Source: Clostridia bacterium (lineage in GTDB: Bacteria > Bacillota > Clostridia > Oscillospirales > CAG-272). Taken from it: a stretch of DNA of 64,000 nucleotides. This document shows, one piece after another, positions 52,939-62,723 of this stretch. The notes under the pieces were generated by a model. The model made no database searches. It was not told the DNA's origin and was given only the letters and a program-made list of their open reading frames with translations. The translations under genes and the position numbers were made by a program. The stretch lies in NCBI GenBank assembly GCA_017621415.1, contig JAGATD010000033.1:5852-69851 (forward strand), given 5' to 3'. Position 1 is the stretch's first letter; every line of letters starts with the position of its first letter.

Positions 52939-53418
52939 TTACGGTTTTGTCTGTCTTTTCTTTTTAAAATAATCAGACAATATCTTGGCGCATTCCTCAC
53001 CGAGGACACCGCCTACAACCTCGGGTTTGTGGTTTAAGGGTACTTCGGAAAGGTCAATAAGCGAGCCAAATGCGCCAAAACGAAGGTCAGGCGCACCGTA
53101 AACCACTCTCGGAACTCTTGCGTTTATTATCGCGCCTGCACACATGGCGCAAGGTTCCATAGTAACATAGAGAGTAACTCCGGGCAGTCTCCAGCCCCCA
53201 AGGGTGCGGCAGCATTCTTCGATTGCAAGAAGCTCTGCATGGTGGGTTGCACATTTTGACTCTTCTCGGGTGTTTGATGCGCGGGCGATTATTTTTCCCT
53301 CTCTTACGGCAACAGCACCGACGGGAACCTCGTCGCGCTCCTCGGCTTCAAGGGCAAGCTTTATCGCTTCTCTCATAAAATATTCGTCATTTTCATAAAT
53401 TTTGCCTTTTGTTTCCAT
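52939..53418 (-). CDS. tadA: tRNA adenosine(34) deaminase
   Basis: 159 aa with zinc motifs HAELLAIEE and PCAMCAGAI. Confidence 0.9.
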   Translation of the reverse strand: METKGKIYENDEYFMREAIKLALEAEERDEVPVGAVAVREGKIIARASNTREESKCATHHAELLAIEECCRTLGGWRLPGVTLYVTMEPCAMCAGAIINARVPRVVYGAPDLRFGAFGSLIDLSEVPLNHKPEVVGGVLGEECAKILSDYFKKKRQTKP

Positions 53419-53446
53419 TAAAAAGCCTCTTTCTCAGCTGCAAGAG

Positions 53447-54253
53447 TTAAATAAATTCCATAAGTGCAATAAGTAATGTAGGTATAATAAGCGCAATGGA
53501 GACAGCAGGGAATATAAGCTTGTCATCCTTTGTGAATGTATGTCGAAGCAGCCTGCGGTATTTCTTCAAGGAAATTATCAATGGTATAATCGATATGACA
53601 GCTCCAAGAACAAACACATACAGGTAGATTTCGGCAAATCCCTCGGTGTCCGCACCATACATCCAGACTAAGGACATAATATTGTTCAATAGATGAAGAA
53701 TAACCGAGGGTAACACACTTTCGGTTATAAGGTCGAATGCCATAAATATCACACCTGCCGCGAGGGCATAGGGAATTGAGAAAAAGCTTGCGTGAATCAC
53801 GGCAAAGAACACTGATGAAATAATGAGGGCGCTCTTTTTTGACAGAGGAGCGATTATCTTCAAGGGGACATATCTGAAAAACATTTCCTCGGTCACTGCC
53901 GGCACTACCGCAAGGCTGAAAACGTCAAAAACAACATTACCGCTGATGGGAACATCGGCTTGAGCTCCCGTTATGCTATAGATAACAAGCGAAACGAGAA
54001 AAGACAGTCCGAATATGACCAATAGAGACGGAACCAAGAGAGGTAACAGAAGCAAGCCTCTTTTATCAAGCGAAAGATAAGCCGTATTCCTCTTAGAGCT
54101 TGCTTTTGAGTACCAAAGGGCAAGGAGCGTGGGTACCGTAAATGCAATCAGACGAACTATCAGAGCCAACGGCTCGGAGAAGCCTCCGCCAAGGCTTAAG
54201 ATGCATAAAAGCATAAGCGAAGAAAGAGTATAAATCTTTACATTTTCTTTCAT
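53447..54253 (-). CDS. CPBP-family (CAAX) intramembrane glutamic protease
   Basis: 268-aa polytopic protein with motifs TEEMFFRY, FFAVIHASF and ILHLLNN. Confidence 0.8.
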   Translation of the reverse strand: MKENVKIYTLSSLMLLCILSLGGGFSEPLALIVRLIAFTVPTLLALWYSKASSKRNTAYLSLDKRGLLLLPLLVPSLLVIFGLSFLVSLVIYSITGAQADVPISGNVVFDVFSLAVVPAVTEEMFFRYVPLKIIAPLSKKSALIISSVFFAVIHASFFSIPYALAAGVIFMAFDLITESVLPSVILHLLNNIMSLVWMYGADTEGFAEIYLYVFVLGAVISIIPLIISLKKYRRLLRHTFTKDDKLIFPAVSIALIIPTLLIALMEFI

Positions 54254-54278
54254 TGACTTCTCCTTTTTCTTTGTTAAT

Positions 54279-56390
54279 CTACAAATCGTTATCCGCTATC
54301 GAAAATCGAAGCTTTCCTCTTATAATATCCACTTCTTCAAGCATAACCGACAGCTTGTCGGCTATGTGGTAGCTTATATCACCGCCGCGTATTGAAAGGG
54401 TCTTTTCATCAAAAATAAACATTCCCGGAAGCTCGCTTATGGGAACAAGACCCTCGCAGGTGTTTTCGAGCTCGCAGAAAAGTCCGTACTGTGTCACCGA
54501 TGATACTGTGGCAGGGAACACTTCACCGAGATGCTCCGCCATATAGAGCGCTTTGTACAGGTTTTCTATTCTTCTCTCGGCTCCCTCAGCCCGAAGCTCG
54601 GCATCGGTTGCCGCGGCAGCAGCGCGTCTTGCGTAAGAAACGTAGGCTTCCGGCCGCTTGCCGCCAATCAACACACGCTTGATTATCCTGTGAGTTGCAA
54701 GGTCTGAGAGCCTGCGGATGGGTGAGGTGAAGTGGCAGTAGGTCTCCATTCCGAGTCCGAAGTGAGACGAACGCTCGGAGGAATATTTTGCCTTGGACAT
54801 TGCTCTGAGCATTGCGTGTGAGACCTGTGAAATGTTTCCCCGATCCTCAGCCGCGGAAAGCAGGTTTTGCAAGGCTTTCGGGGTAACATCACGCTTTGTT
54901 ATTACAGAAGTGTCAAAGCCCAGGTTGTGAGCATAGGTTACAAATTCGGAAAATTTCTCTTCAGGGGGCGGCTCGTGAATACGGTAGACGCAGGGAATTC
55001 CTTTGTTATAAAGCAGGGTAGCGACCGCCTCGTTTGCCGTTAGCATAAACTGCTCTATCATTCTTTCGCTTACCCCGCGCTCACGTCTGTCAATGTGAGA
55101 GGGAAGACCGTCATCTCCAAGGTATATTTCCGCCTCGGCAGTATCAAAATCTATATATCCCTGACGTTCTCTCTTTTTAAGAAGTATTTCATAAAGCTCA
55201 CGCATTGCTTCAAGAGAGGGATACACGTGTTTGTATTTTTCTCTAAGCTCTGAGTTGCCTGCCCCATCAAACAATAAATTTATTTCGGAGTATACACCCC
55301 TTACCGAGCTTATTATAATTGATTCCTTTATCTCGGTGTTCAGTATATTACCCTCGTTATCAAGCTCAATTATGGCAGACAGGGCATATTTTTCCTCGCC
55401 CGAGTTCAGTGAGCAAGCGCCGTTTGACAGGGTCTTTGGCAGCATGGGTACAACCTTGTCAACAAAGTAAACACTTGTTCCCCTTGCCATAGCGCATCTG
55501 TCAAGTGCGGTTTTTTCCTTAACATACTGGCTTACATCGGCAATATGAACACCAAGCCGCCAGCCAAAGTCAAGCCTTTTTATTGAAACTGCGTCGTCAA
55601 GGTCCTTTGCTCCCTCGCCGTCAATTGTAAAAATTATATCTTCAAATCTCTCCCTGCCATCCCCTGTGAGTGGGATAGATGCAAGTCTTTCGGCTTCCGA
55701 AAGCTCCTCGGAGGAAAACTCTGTCTCGATTCCCGATTCGGCAAGAATTGCCGCATAGTTGGCCTCTCTTGATTCTGTGTGGCCGAGAATGGCGGTTACA
55801 ACACACTCAACAGAGGAATTGTTATTTCTCACAAGCCTTGCTATAACCTTATCTCCAACCTCAGCACCCATTGTGTCGCTGACGTATGGGGTCAAAGTAA
55901 GATGTGGGTCATCGGGTATTATTACAGAGGAGCGGTACGTGCGTCTGCCGTGGCGGTATATCTCCTCGTCAAGAGTGCCCACGATGGTTTTTCTGCCATA
56001 CTCAACAATTTGACTTATTCTTCCCTCGGTCTTTTCTTCTCCGTTATATCCGGTATAGCTATGATAAATTACCTCAACAAGGTCTCCGTCTATTGCGCCG
56101 CGGGTCTTATGCTCGGGAATAAAAATATCCCTTTCCGCTTCCTCTGTCCTTACAAATCCAAATCCGGATTTTGATGAGGAAAAAACACCTCTTACCGTTT
56201 TTTCGTCGCGGTGCGGATAGCGGGATACCCTGGCGGGTCTGCCGCCGTCAAAGGAATCACGTATTTTGAAGCCCGAATATTTCGACTCAACATCTCTTAC
56301 AGCGCGCAAAAGCTCGGCGCGCGCCGCGTCCTTGGAACGGCGCTTATGTGTATTTCTTTTTGCAAATTTGTTAAAATTACTGTTCTTCAT
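54279..56390 (-). CDS. rnr: ribonuclease R
   Basis: 703 aa with cold-shock-like N-terminal domains (GFGFVR), an RNB core (DGEGAKDLDDAVS, HFGLG...YCHFTSPIRRLSDL) and a C-terminal S1 domain. Confidence 0.9.
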   Translation of the reverse strand: MKNSNFNKFAKRNTHKRRSKDAARAELLRAVRDVESKYSGFKIRDSFDGGRPARVSRYPHRDEKTVRGVFSSSKSGFGFVRTEEAERDIFIPEHKTRGAIDGDLVEVIYHSYTGYNGEEKTEGRISQIVEYGRKTIVGTLDEEIYRHGRRTYRSSVIIPDDPHLTLTPYVSDTMGAEVGDKVIARLVRNNNSSVECVVTAILGHTESREANYAAILAESGIETEFSSEELSEAERLASIPLTGDGRERFEDIIFTIDGEGAKDLDDAVSIKRLDFGWRLGVHIADVSQYVKEKTALDRCAMARGTSVYFVDKVVPMLPKTLSNGACSLNSGEEKYALSAIIELDNEGNILNTEIKESIIISSVRGVYSEINLLFDGAGNSELREKYKHVYPSLEAMRELYEILLKKRERQGYIDFDTAEAEIYLGDDGLPSHIDRRERGVSERMIEQFMLTANEAVATLLYNKGIPCVYRIHEPPPEEKFSEFVTYAHNLGFDTSVITKRDVTPKALQNLLSAAEDRGNISQVSHAMLRAMSKAKYSSERSSHFGLGMETYCHFTSPIRRLSDLATHRIIKRVLIGGKRPEAYVSYARRAAAAATDAELRAEGAERRIENLYKALYMAEHLGEVFPATVSSVTQYGLFCELENTCEGLVPISELPGMFIFDEKTLSIRGGDISYHIADKLSVMLEEVDIIRGKLRFSIADNDL

Positions 56391-56430
56391 ATTTCTTAGT
56401 ATAACTAAAGATGGTCTTTGTTATTTACCG

Positions 56431-56463
56431 AAAAAACAAAAACTGCCGCAACGAGTGCGGCAG
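56431..56463 (-). terminator. intrinsic terminator downstream of secG
   Basis: On the minus strand the hairpin ctgccgca/tgcggcag is followed by tttttgtttttt. Confidence 0.75.
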
Positions 56464-56472
56464 CCTGAGCTA

Positions 56473-56793
56473 TTACTTGAAAATATCCTGGTAGGTGTTA
56501 AATGTGTTGGTCTTCCACTCGTCGAGAGTATAGGTAGCGTAGAAGTCGGGCTGAATTACGTAAACGGCCAGGACCGCAAGAACGAAAATGATAGCCACAA
56601 TAATAGTGAAGATAAAGAGGGTTCTATCGCTATGAGAAGCCTTGTCCTTACCGTAGAATGTATCAGAGCCGCCTGTGATAGAGCCGGAGAGACCGTCATC
56701 AGAGCTTTTCTGAAGAAGAACGGCAACAATAATAAAGAGTGCTGCAACAAGAAGTACAACAAGTAAAATGCTTTCGAGAATCTGAAGTTCCAT
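56473..56793 (-). CDS. secG: preprotein translocase subunit SecG (with an extended C-terminal tail)
   Basis: 106 aa with two TM helices flanking LLQKSSDDGLSGSITGG. It is in the classic secG-rnr neighbourhood. About 30 extra C-terminal residues are present. Confidence 0.7.
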   Translation of the reverse strand: MELQILESILLVVLLVAALFIIVAVLLQKSSDDGLSGSITGGSDTFYGKDKASHSDRTLFIFTIIVAIIFVLAVLAVYVIQPDFYATYTLDEWKTNTFNTYQDIFK

Positions 56794-56939
56794 ATTTTAA
56801 AGCCTTTCGATTATTTAGACGCAAATTGCGATATTATATAGAGGTATTTTACCATAAACAAAGTAAAATTGCAATACCTTTGAGAAAAAAAGTAAAAATA
56901 AAATTTCTTATGCAATATTAGAAGCATTATAGCAGAAAA

Positions 56940-57815
56940 TCAGCGTCTTATAGTCTTACCTCTTGCGGCAAGCTCCCAGAAGGCAACTGCGCCTGCGGCT
57001 GCCACGTTAAGCGAGTCAACTCCGCCTGACATTGGTATTTTTACCGTGTAGTCACAGGAAGCGATTGTGCTTTTTGAAAGTCCGTCACCCTCTGTGCCAA
57101 GAATTATTGCAAGCTTTTCCTCTTTTGCCAAATCGGGGTCATCAATATCTACGGTTCTGTCACAGAGAGCCATAGCCACGGTTTTAAATCCCATATCCGA
57201 AAGCAGTTTCATGCCCGTCTCGGGCCAGTCTCCGGGCTTTTCTCCTATCCTGCCCCAAGGAACCTGAAAAACCGTTCCCATGCTGACTCTCACAGCTCTT
57301 CGGCACAGAGGGTCGCAGCAGGTGGGGGTTATCAATACCGCATCAATATTGAGTGCTGCCGCAGAGCGAAAAACTGCGCCGATATTTGTTGAATCAGCAA
57401 TCGCTTCAAGGACCGCAACTCTTCTCGCACCGGACAAAAGCTCAGAAAGCGACTTTTGCTCAGGCCGCTTCATAGCGCATAGAGCGCCACGGGTAAGCTC
57501 AAAGCCGGTAAGCGATGAAAGCACTTCGCGCTCGGCAATATAAATCGGAATATTTCCCACTTGTTCTATAATGCCTCTGACAGCACCGTTAATCAGCTTT
57601 TCATCGGTGAGCAGGGCCACCGGCTCACAACCTGAGTTCAATGCTACTTCAATAACAGTTGGACTTTCGGCAATAAAAATTCCTCGCTCGGGTTCAACCC
57701 TTGAGCGAAGCTGCGCACCTGTAAGACGAACAAAAATATCAAGCTCCGGCGCAGAAAAGTCGGTTATTTTCTTAAATTCTCTCATAAAATGCTCCAATAT
57801 TACCTTTTTTCTCAA
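56940..57815 (-). CDS. TrmH/SpoU-family RNA 2'-O-methyltransferase
   Basis: C-terminal SPOUT motifs LGTEGDGLS and IPMSGGVDSLNVAAAGAVAFWEL. The true start may be the internal MREFKK. Confidence 0.8.
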   Translation of the reverse strand: MRKKVILEHFMREFKKITDFSAPELDIFVRLTGAQLRSRVEPERGIFIAESPTVIEVALNSGCEPVALLTDEKLINGAVRGIIEQVGNIPIYIAEREVLSSLTGFELTRGALCAMKRPEQKSLSELLSGARRVAVLEAIADSTNIGAVFRSAAALNIDAVLITPTCCDPLCRRAVRVSMGTVFQVPWGRIGEKPGDWPETGMKLLSDMGFKTVAMALCDRTVDIDDPDLAKEEKLAIILGTEGDGLSKSTIASCDYTVKIPMSGGVDSLNVAAAGAVAFWELAARGKTIRR

Positions 57816-57856
57816 TTATTATAACACAAGGCAAGGAAAATGTCTATATAAAACTC

Positions 57857-57885
57857 TTGACAAATACCCACGGGGGGTATATAAT
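57857..57885 (+). promoter_or_regulatory. sigma-A promoter of csoR-copA
   Basis: TTGACA-17 nt-TATAAT (ttgacaaatacccacggggggtatataat). Confidence 0.65.
57864..57880. promoter_or_regulatory. CsoR-type operator ATACCC-acggg-GGGTAT inside the promoter spacer
   Basis: GC-rich pseudo-palindrome ATACCCACGGGGGGTAT. It resembles the TACCC...GGGGTA boxes of Firmicute copper operons and overlaps the -10. Confidence 0.6.
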
Positions 57886-57967
57886 AAAAATAGAAATGCA
57901 AAATTGAAGATTATAAATCGGAAATAAAAAACGGAAAATTAAGGGTGTATTTTCGGAGGACAAAGCA

Positions 57968-58258
57968 ATGAGTGACTGCTGTAAGACAAAAAAACGAGGG
58001 GAAGAAGAATATCGACTTCTCACGAACAGGCTGAGCCGTATTGAGGGACAGGTAAGAGGGGTAAGAGCTATGGTGGAAAACGATGCATATTGTGTTGACA
58101 TACTTACCCAGGTTTCAGCAATACAGTCGGCATTATCCTCTTTTTCAAAGGAGCTGATTTCAAGCCATATTAAGAGCTGCGTGGTCAATGATATAAAAAA
58201 CGACAGGCTTGATACAGTAGATGAGCTTGTAAAAACACTTGAGAGGTTGATGAAATGA
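57968..58258 (+). CDS. csoR: copper-sensing repressor CsoR
   Basis: 96 aa: RLSRIEGQVRGVRAMVENDAYCVDILTQVSAIQSAL, with the conserved Cys and His ligand positions (C...HxxxC region). Confidence 0.85.
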   Translation: MSDCCKTKKRGEEEYRLLTNRLSRIEGQVRGVRAMVENDAYCVDILTQVSAIQSALSSFSKELISSHIKSCVVNDIKNDRLDTVDELVKTLERLMK

Positions 58259-60741
58259 GAAAATTTGAGATTTCCGGAATGAGCTGCGCTGCCTGCTCGT
58301 CAAGAGTAGAGAAAGCGGTATCAAGTATTGAGGGGATAGAGTCCTGCTCGGTAAATCTTTTGACAGGATCTATGATAGCCGAGGGAAGCGCCACTGATGG
58401 TGAAATAATTGACGCGGTCATCAAGGCAGGGTACGGAGCAAAATCCGCTGGCAGCAAAGCAGATAACAAGAAAAATGACAATGATAGTTTACGGAGTGGC
58501 GAAGAAAAGGCTGTTTTCCAGCGTTTTTTAACATCTGTGCTTTTACTCTTGCCGCTTATGTATGTTTCAATGGGGGTAGTAATGCTTGGTGCGCCTTTGC
58601 CACAGTGGTTGCCGAGCAGTCCGCTCTCTCTCGCTCTTTTTCAACTGATTGTTTCGGGAACGATTATATTCCTTAACCGAAAATTCTTTGTAAACGGCAT
58701 TATGGGTGTGTTGCACGGTGCGCCTAATATGGATACCCTTGTTTCTCTTGGCTCCGGAGCTTCGTTTGTATACAGCACAGCGATAGTTTTTATTATGTGC
58801 GAGGGGATGGCTTCGGGAGAGAACATCGGTCATTATCTGCACGGGCTTTATTTCGAGTCGGCAGCGATGATTCTTGTTCTTATTACTCTCGGCAAGATGC
58901 TTGAGGCGAGGGCAAAGGGGAAAACCACAAATGCAATAAAGAGCCTTATGGATCTATCGCCCAAAACTGCTACCGTGATAAGAGACGGCAAGGAAGTGGA
59001 GGTACCCGCATCTGAGGTGAAAGTCGGTGAAATATTTATTGTTCGTCCAGGCGAGGCGATTGCCTGTGACGGCATTATTACCGATGGCTTAAGCGCCGTT
59101 AATGAGGCTGCCTTGACAGGAGAATCTGTTCCCGCGGATAAGACTGTGGGTGACAAGGTGTATTCCGCAACGGTTAACGGAACAGGGTATCTAAAATGCA
59201 GGGCTACCGAGGTTGGTGAGAATACTACTATTGCATCAATTGTCAGAATGGTAGAGGATGCTACCGCCACAAAGGCGCCTATCTCTAAGCTGGCGGATAA
59301 AATTTCGGGCATCTTTGTTCCTTTAGTTATTTGCGTTGCCATAATCACCTTTACCGTATGGATGCTTATAGGAGTAGGTATAGGAGCATCTCTTGGCAGA
59401 GCCATATCTGTTCTTGTAATAAGCTGTCCGTGCGCTCTGGGACTTGCAACACCGGTTGCTATAATGGTTGGAGGCGGTGTTGGCGCAAAAATGGGTGTGC
59501 TTTATAAGAGTGCAGAGGCTCTGGAGCTTGTGGGTAGAGCAAAAACCGTAGCTCTTGATAAGACAGGCACGGTCACAAGCGGGATAATGTCGGTAAGCGA
59601 TGTTGTTCCCTTTGGCACTCGGAGCGCTGAAGAGCTTCTTTCTTTGGCCTATTCGGCAGAGTCAAAAAGCGAGCATCCGTTGGCGCGCGCAGTGTGCAGA
59701 TATGCTGAGGACAAAATTCCCCTCAGAGAGGCGAGTTCCTTTGAGGCGATTGTCGGCGGAGGAGTCAGAGCGGTTGTTGATAATAAAGAAATATATGGCG
59801 GAAGCTACAAATTCATATCTGAAAAATACGGTGAAGACGAAGATATAAAGCAGGGTTATTTACGTCTCTCCAAAGAGGGAAAAACTCCTTTGTTCTTTGC
59901 TTGTGACGGAGAGGTCATAGGTATGATCGCTGTATCCGACACTATACGTTCTGACAGCTGTGAGGCGGTAGCCGAGCTTAAAAAAATGAGAATAAATGTT
60001 GTAATGCTTACGGGAGATAACCGTTTTACTGCTGAGGCTGTGGCTCGTGAGGCAGGAATAGACGATGTTAGAGCCGAGCTTTTGCCGGGCAATAAGGAAG
60101 CCGTAATACGCGCTCTTTCTGAAGAGGGAAGAGTAATAATGGTAGGCGACGGTATAAACGATGCTCCGTCGCTTGCTAGAGCAGATGTGGGAATGGCTAT
60201 CGGAGGAGGAACGGATATAGCCATAGAATCAGCAGATGTGGTGCTGGTGAGGGAGTCGCTTATGGGAGTTCTTAACGCTGTGCGTCTTGGACGTTCTGTT
60301 TTGAGAAATATTAAGCAGAACCTTTTCTGGGCATTTATCTATAACAGTCTTGGAATCCCTGTTGCAGCAGGAGTTTTGATACCGATTATTGGTCTTGAGA
60401 TGAGCCCTATGCTTGGAGCTGCGGCAATGAGTATTTCTAGTCTGTGCGTTGTTTCAAATGCTTTGCGGCTTAACAGCTTTAAAGAAAAGAAAGTAAAAAA
60501 TGATGATAATTTTATTAGACCAAAGGAGAAAAAAGAAATGAAAATCACAATGAAAATTGAGGGGATGATGTGTCCTCACTGTGAGGCAAGAGTTAAATCG
60601 ACGCTTGAGGGAATTGAGGGTGTTATCTCCGCTGATGTAAGCCACAAGACAGGCGAGGCGACAGTAACTGTAAACGATGGCGTAAAACGCGAGACTCTGG
60701 ATGCTGCGGTAACGGCACAGGGCTACAATGTGATAGGATGA
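58255..60741 (+). CDS. copA: copper-translocating P1B-type ATPase with N-terminal and C-terminal HMA domains
   Basis: 828 aa. N-terminal HMA GMSCAACSSRVE, CPC motif SCPCALGLATP, DKTGT, GDGINDAP, and a C-terminal HMA GMMCPHCEARVK. Confidence 0.9.
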   Translation: MRKFEISGMSCAACSSRVEKAVSSIEGIESCSVNLLTGSMIAEGSATDGEIIDAVIKAGYGAKSAGSKADNKKNDNDSLRSGEEKAVFQRFLTSVLLLLPLMYVSMGVVMLGAPLPQWLPSSPLSLALFQLIVSGTIIFLNRKFFVNGIMGVLHGAPNMDTLVSLGSGASFVYSTAIVFIMCEGMASGENIGHYLHGLYFESAAMILVLITLGKMLEARAKGKTTNAIKSLMDLSPKTATVIRDGKEVEVPASEVKVGEIFIVRPGEAIACDGIITDGLSAVNEAALTGESVPADKTVGDKVYSATVNGTGYLKCRATEVGENTTIASIVRMVEDATATKAPISKLADKISGIFVPLVICVAIITFTVWMLIGVGIGASLGRAISVLVISCPCALGLATPVAIMVGGGVGAKMGVLYKSAEALELVGRAKTVALDKTGTVTSGIMSVSDVVPFGTRSAEELLSLAYSAESKSEHPLARAVCRYAEDKIPLREASSFEAIVGGGVRAVVDNKEIYGGSYKFISEKYGEDEDIKQGYLRLSKEGKTPLFFACDGEVIGMIAVSDTIRSDSCEAVAELKKMRINVVMLTGDNRFTAEAVAREAGIDDVRAELLPGNKEAVIRALSEEGRVIMVGDGINDAPSLARADVGMAIGGGTDIAIESADVVLVRESLMGVLNAVRLGRSVLRNIKQNLFWAFIYNSLGIPVAAGVLIPIIGLEMSPMLGAAAMSISSLCVVSNALRLNSFKEKKVKNDDNFIRPKEKKEMKITMKIEGMMCPHCEARVKSTLEGIEGVISADVSHKTGEATVTVNDGVKRETLDAAVTAQGYNVIG

Positions 60742-60789
60742 TGCTGTAAACAAAAGATTACACTGCTATCTAATAAAGACCGAAAACAA

Positions 60790-60826
60790 GGCGACTCTAC
60801 TTTGAAGAGAGTCGCCTTTTACTTTT
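60790..60826 (+). terminator. intrinsic terminator
   Basis: Hairpin ggcgactct/agagtcgcc followed by ttttactttt. Confidence 0.7.
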
Positions 60827-60874
60827 GGTAGAGCTTTTCCGCAAAAGAGTAGAGCGCATGCGTGTGTAAGTAGA

Positions 60875-60903
60875 TTGCTTTTTAATTCATTTGGTACTAA
60901 AAT
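60875..60903 (+). promoter_or_regulatory. candidate sigma-A promoter of the glycosyltransferase cluster
   Basis: TTGCTT-17 nt-TAAAAT. Confidence 0.4.
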
Positions 60904-60945
60904 CTTATTGATGACAGACAAAAAACAAAATGTAGGAGATTGTTT

Positions 60946-61773
60946 ATGAATTTGCTTTATTGTGGCGACTCGGGGATTGAGATCGGCGTTATGATGTCTG
61001 TACTTTCTGTTGCTGAAAAGACAACCGAACCCCTTGATGTTTACATTCTTACTGCAGGGTTCAGTGTAGGAGACAAAAGGTTTATACCTATTTCGGAAGA
61101 TTTTTCAGAAAAATTAAAACTCGCACTGAGAGACAGGGGCAGAGCAGACAGGGTATGGCTCTTTGATTTGACAAAAGAAATTTTGTCAAAGCCGCCTTTG
61201 GCTAATATGAGTACTCGCTTTACGCCGATGTGTATGCTGAGGCTTTATGCCGACGGTGTGGCGGATCTGCCGAAAAAAATTATGTATCTTGACAGCGATG
61301 TTATGTGTGTATCTGACCCAAAGAGTCTTTACGAGACGGATATTACAGAATACGATATTGCCGGTGTACCCGACAGGTACGGCAGTCTTGTGTTTGATGG
61401 GGGAATATTTAGACGAAGGTACATAAATTCGGGCGTATTGCTGTTAAACCTTGGGCAGATAAGGGAAAGCGGTTGCTTTGAGAAAGCCAGGCTAATGTGC
61501 GCCGAGAAAAAAATGTTTATGCCCGACCAAACGGCGCTTAATAAGCTTGCGAAAAAGAAAATATTGCCGGGCAGGTTTAACTGCCAAAAAAGCGAGAGAA
61601 TGGATACGGTTTTTCGGCACTTTACAACCACATTACATATTCTGCCTTATCCCCATTCTCAAACAGTAAAGCCCTGGCAACCGGAACGTATGCACAAGGT
61701 TTTAAAGAATTACAAATATGACTCGCTTTATTATGAGTGCGAGGAAAGAATGAAAGGAATTTTAAAAAAATGA
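60946..61773 (+). CDS. glycosyltransferase family 8 protein
   Basis: ATG at 60946 is 7 nt after AGGAG. DxD motif YLDSDVMCV and YINSGVLLLNL, typical of GT8. Confidence 0.7.
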   Translation: MNLLYCGDSGIEIGVMMSVLSVAEKTTEPLDVYILTAGFSVGDKRFIPISEDFSEKLKLALRDRGRADRVWLFDLTKEILSKPPLANMSTRFTPMCMLRLYADGVADLPKKIMYLDSDVMCVSDPKSLYETDITEYDIAGVPDRYGSLVFDGGIFRRRYINSGVLLLNLGQIRESGCFEKARLMCAEKKMFMPDQTALNKLAKKKILPGRFNCQKSERMDTVFRHFTTTLHILPYPHSQTVKPWQPERMHKVLKNYKYDSLYYECEERMKGILKK

Positions 61774-62723
61774 AAGAACCGGTAACTGTATTTTTTACGG
61801 CAGATAATAATTATGCGCCTTATCTTGCTGTGGCGGTAAATTCAATTGTGAAAAACTCTTCCTCAGAACGGAAGTACAGAATAATAGTTCTCGAAGAGGA
61901 CATATCGGAAGAAAACAAAGCAAAAATTTCAGCGCTTTTGCCTAAAAACTTTACAATCGAATTTTCTTTAATGTCACGCGGTCTTGATAAAATAAGCGAC
62001 AGGATGGGAAACAGGCTTCGCTGTGATTATTTCACCTTAACCATATATTACCGCTTGTTTATTGCGGAAATGTATCCCAAGATTGAAAAAGCCGTGTATA
62101 TTGACAGCGACGTTGTGCTTCTTGGCGATATCGGGGAGCTGTACGACACCGACATAGGAGAAAAGCTTATCGGCGCCTGCAGAGACAGCTCTGTTGCGGG
62201 AGTGCCCGAGCTTTGTTACTATATGGAAGAGGGGGTCGGCGTACCGAGAAATGAATATGTAAATTCGGGAGTTCTTTTAATGAATCTTGCGGCTTTGCGT
62301 AAATGCCGCTTTGAAGAGCATTTTCTGACTCTTTTGTCTACATATTCATTTGATACCATTGCCCCCGACCAGGATTATATAAATGCAATTTGCAACGGAA
62401 AAATATACTATCTTGATGAAAAATGGGACACTATGCCAAATGAGGGGTACGCGGAGAATACGGAGGCAGGGCTTATACACTATAACCTTTTCTCAAAGCC
62501 CTGGTGCTATGACGGTGTGCAGTATGGCGGAGAGTTTTGGAAATATGCTTATGACTCAGGATTCTTTGAAGAGCTCTGCAATTTTAAAAAGGGCTATACC
62601 GAGGATAAAAAGAGCTCTGACTCATCCTGTCTTCAGCTGCTTATAAAGCGTGGCGGGGAAATTCCTAAGCAGGAAGTAACCTTCAAAAAAATGAATGAAA
62701 TGGGCAAAAAAATCAGAATATGA
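61770..62723 (+). CDS. glycosyltransferase family 8 protein
   Basis: ATG at 61770 overlaps the upstream stop (ATGA). FFTADNNYAPYLAVAVNSI, DxD motif YIDSDVVLL, and YVNSGVLLMNL. Confidence 0.75.
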   Translation: MKEPVTVFFTADNNYAPYLAVAVNSIVKNSSSERKYRIIVLEEDISEENKAKISALLPKNFTIEFSLMSRGLDKISDRMGNRLRCDYFTLTIYYRLFIAEMYPKIEKAVYIDSDVVLLGDIGELYDTDIGEKLIGACRDSSVAGVPELCYYMEEGVGVPRNEYVNSGVLLMNLAALRKCRFEEHFLTLLSTYSFDTIAPDQDYINAICNGKIYYLDEKWDTMPNEGYAENTEAGLIHYNLFSKPWCYDGVQYGGEFWKYAYDSGFFEELCNFKKGYTEDKKSSDSSCLQLLIKRGGEIPKQEVTFKKMNEMGKKIRI

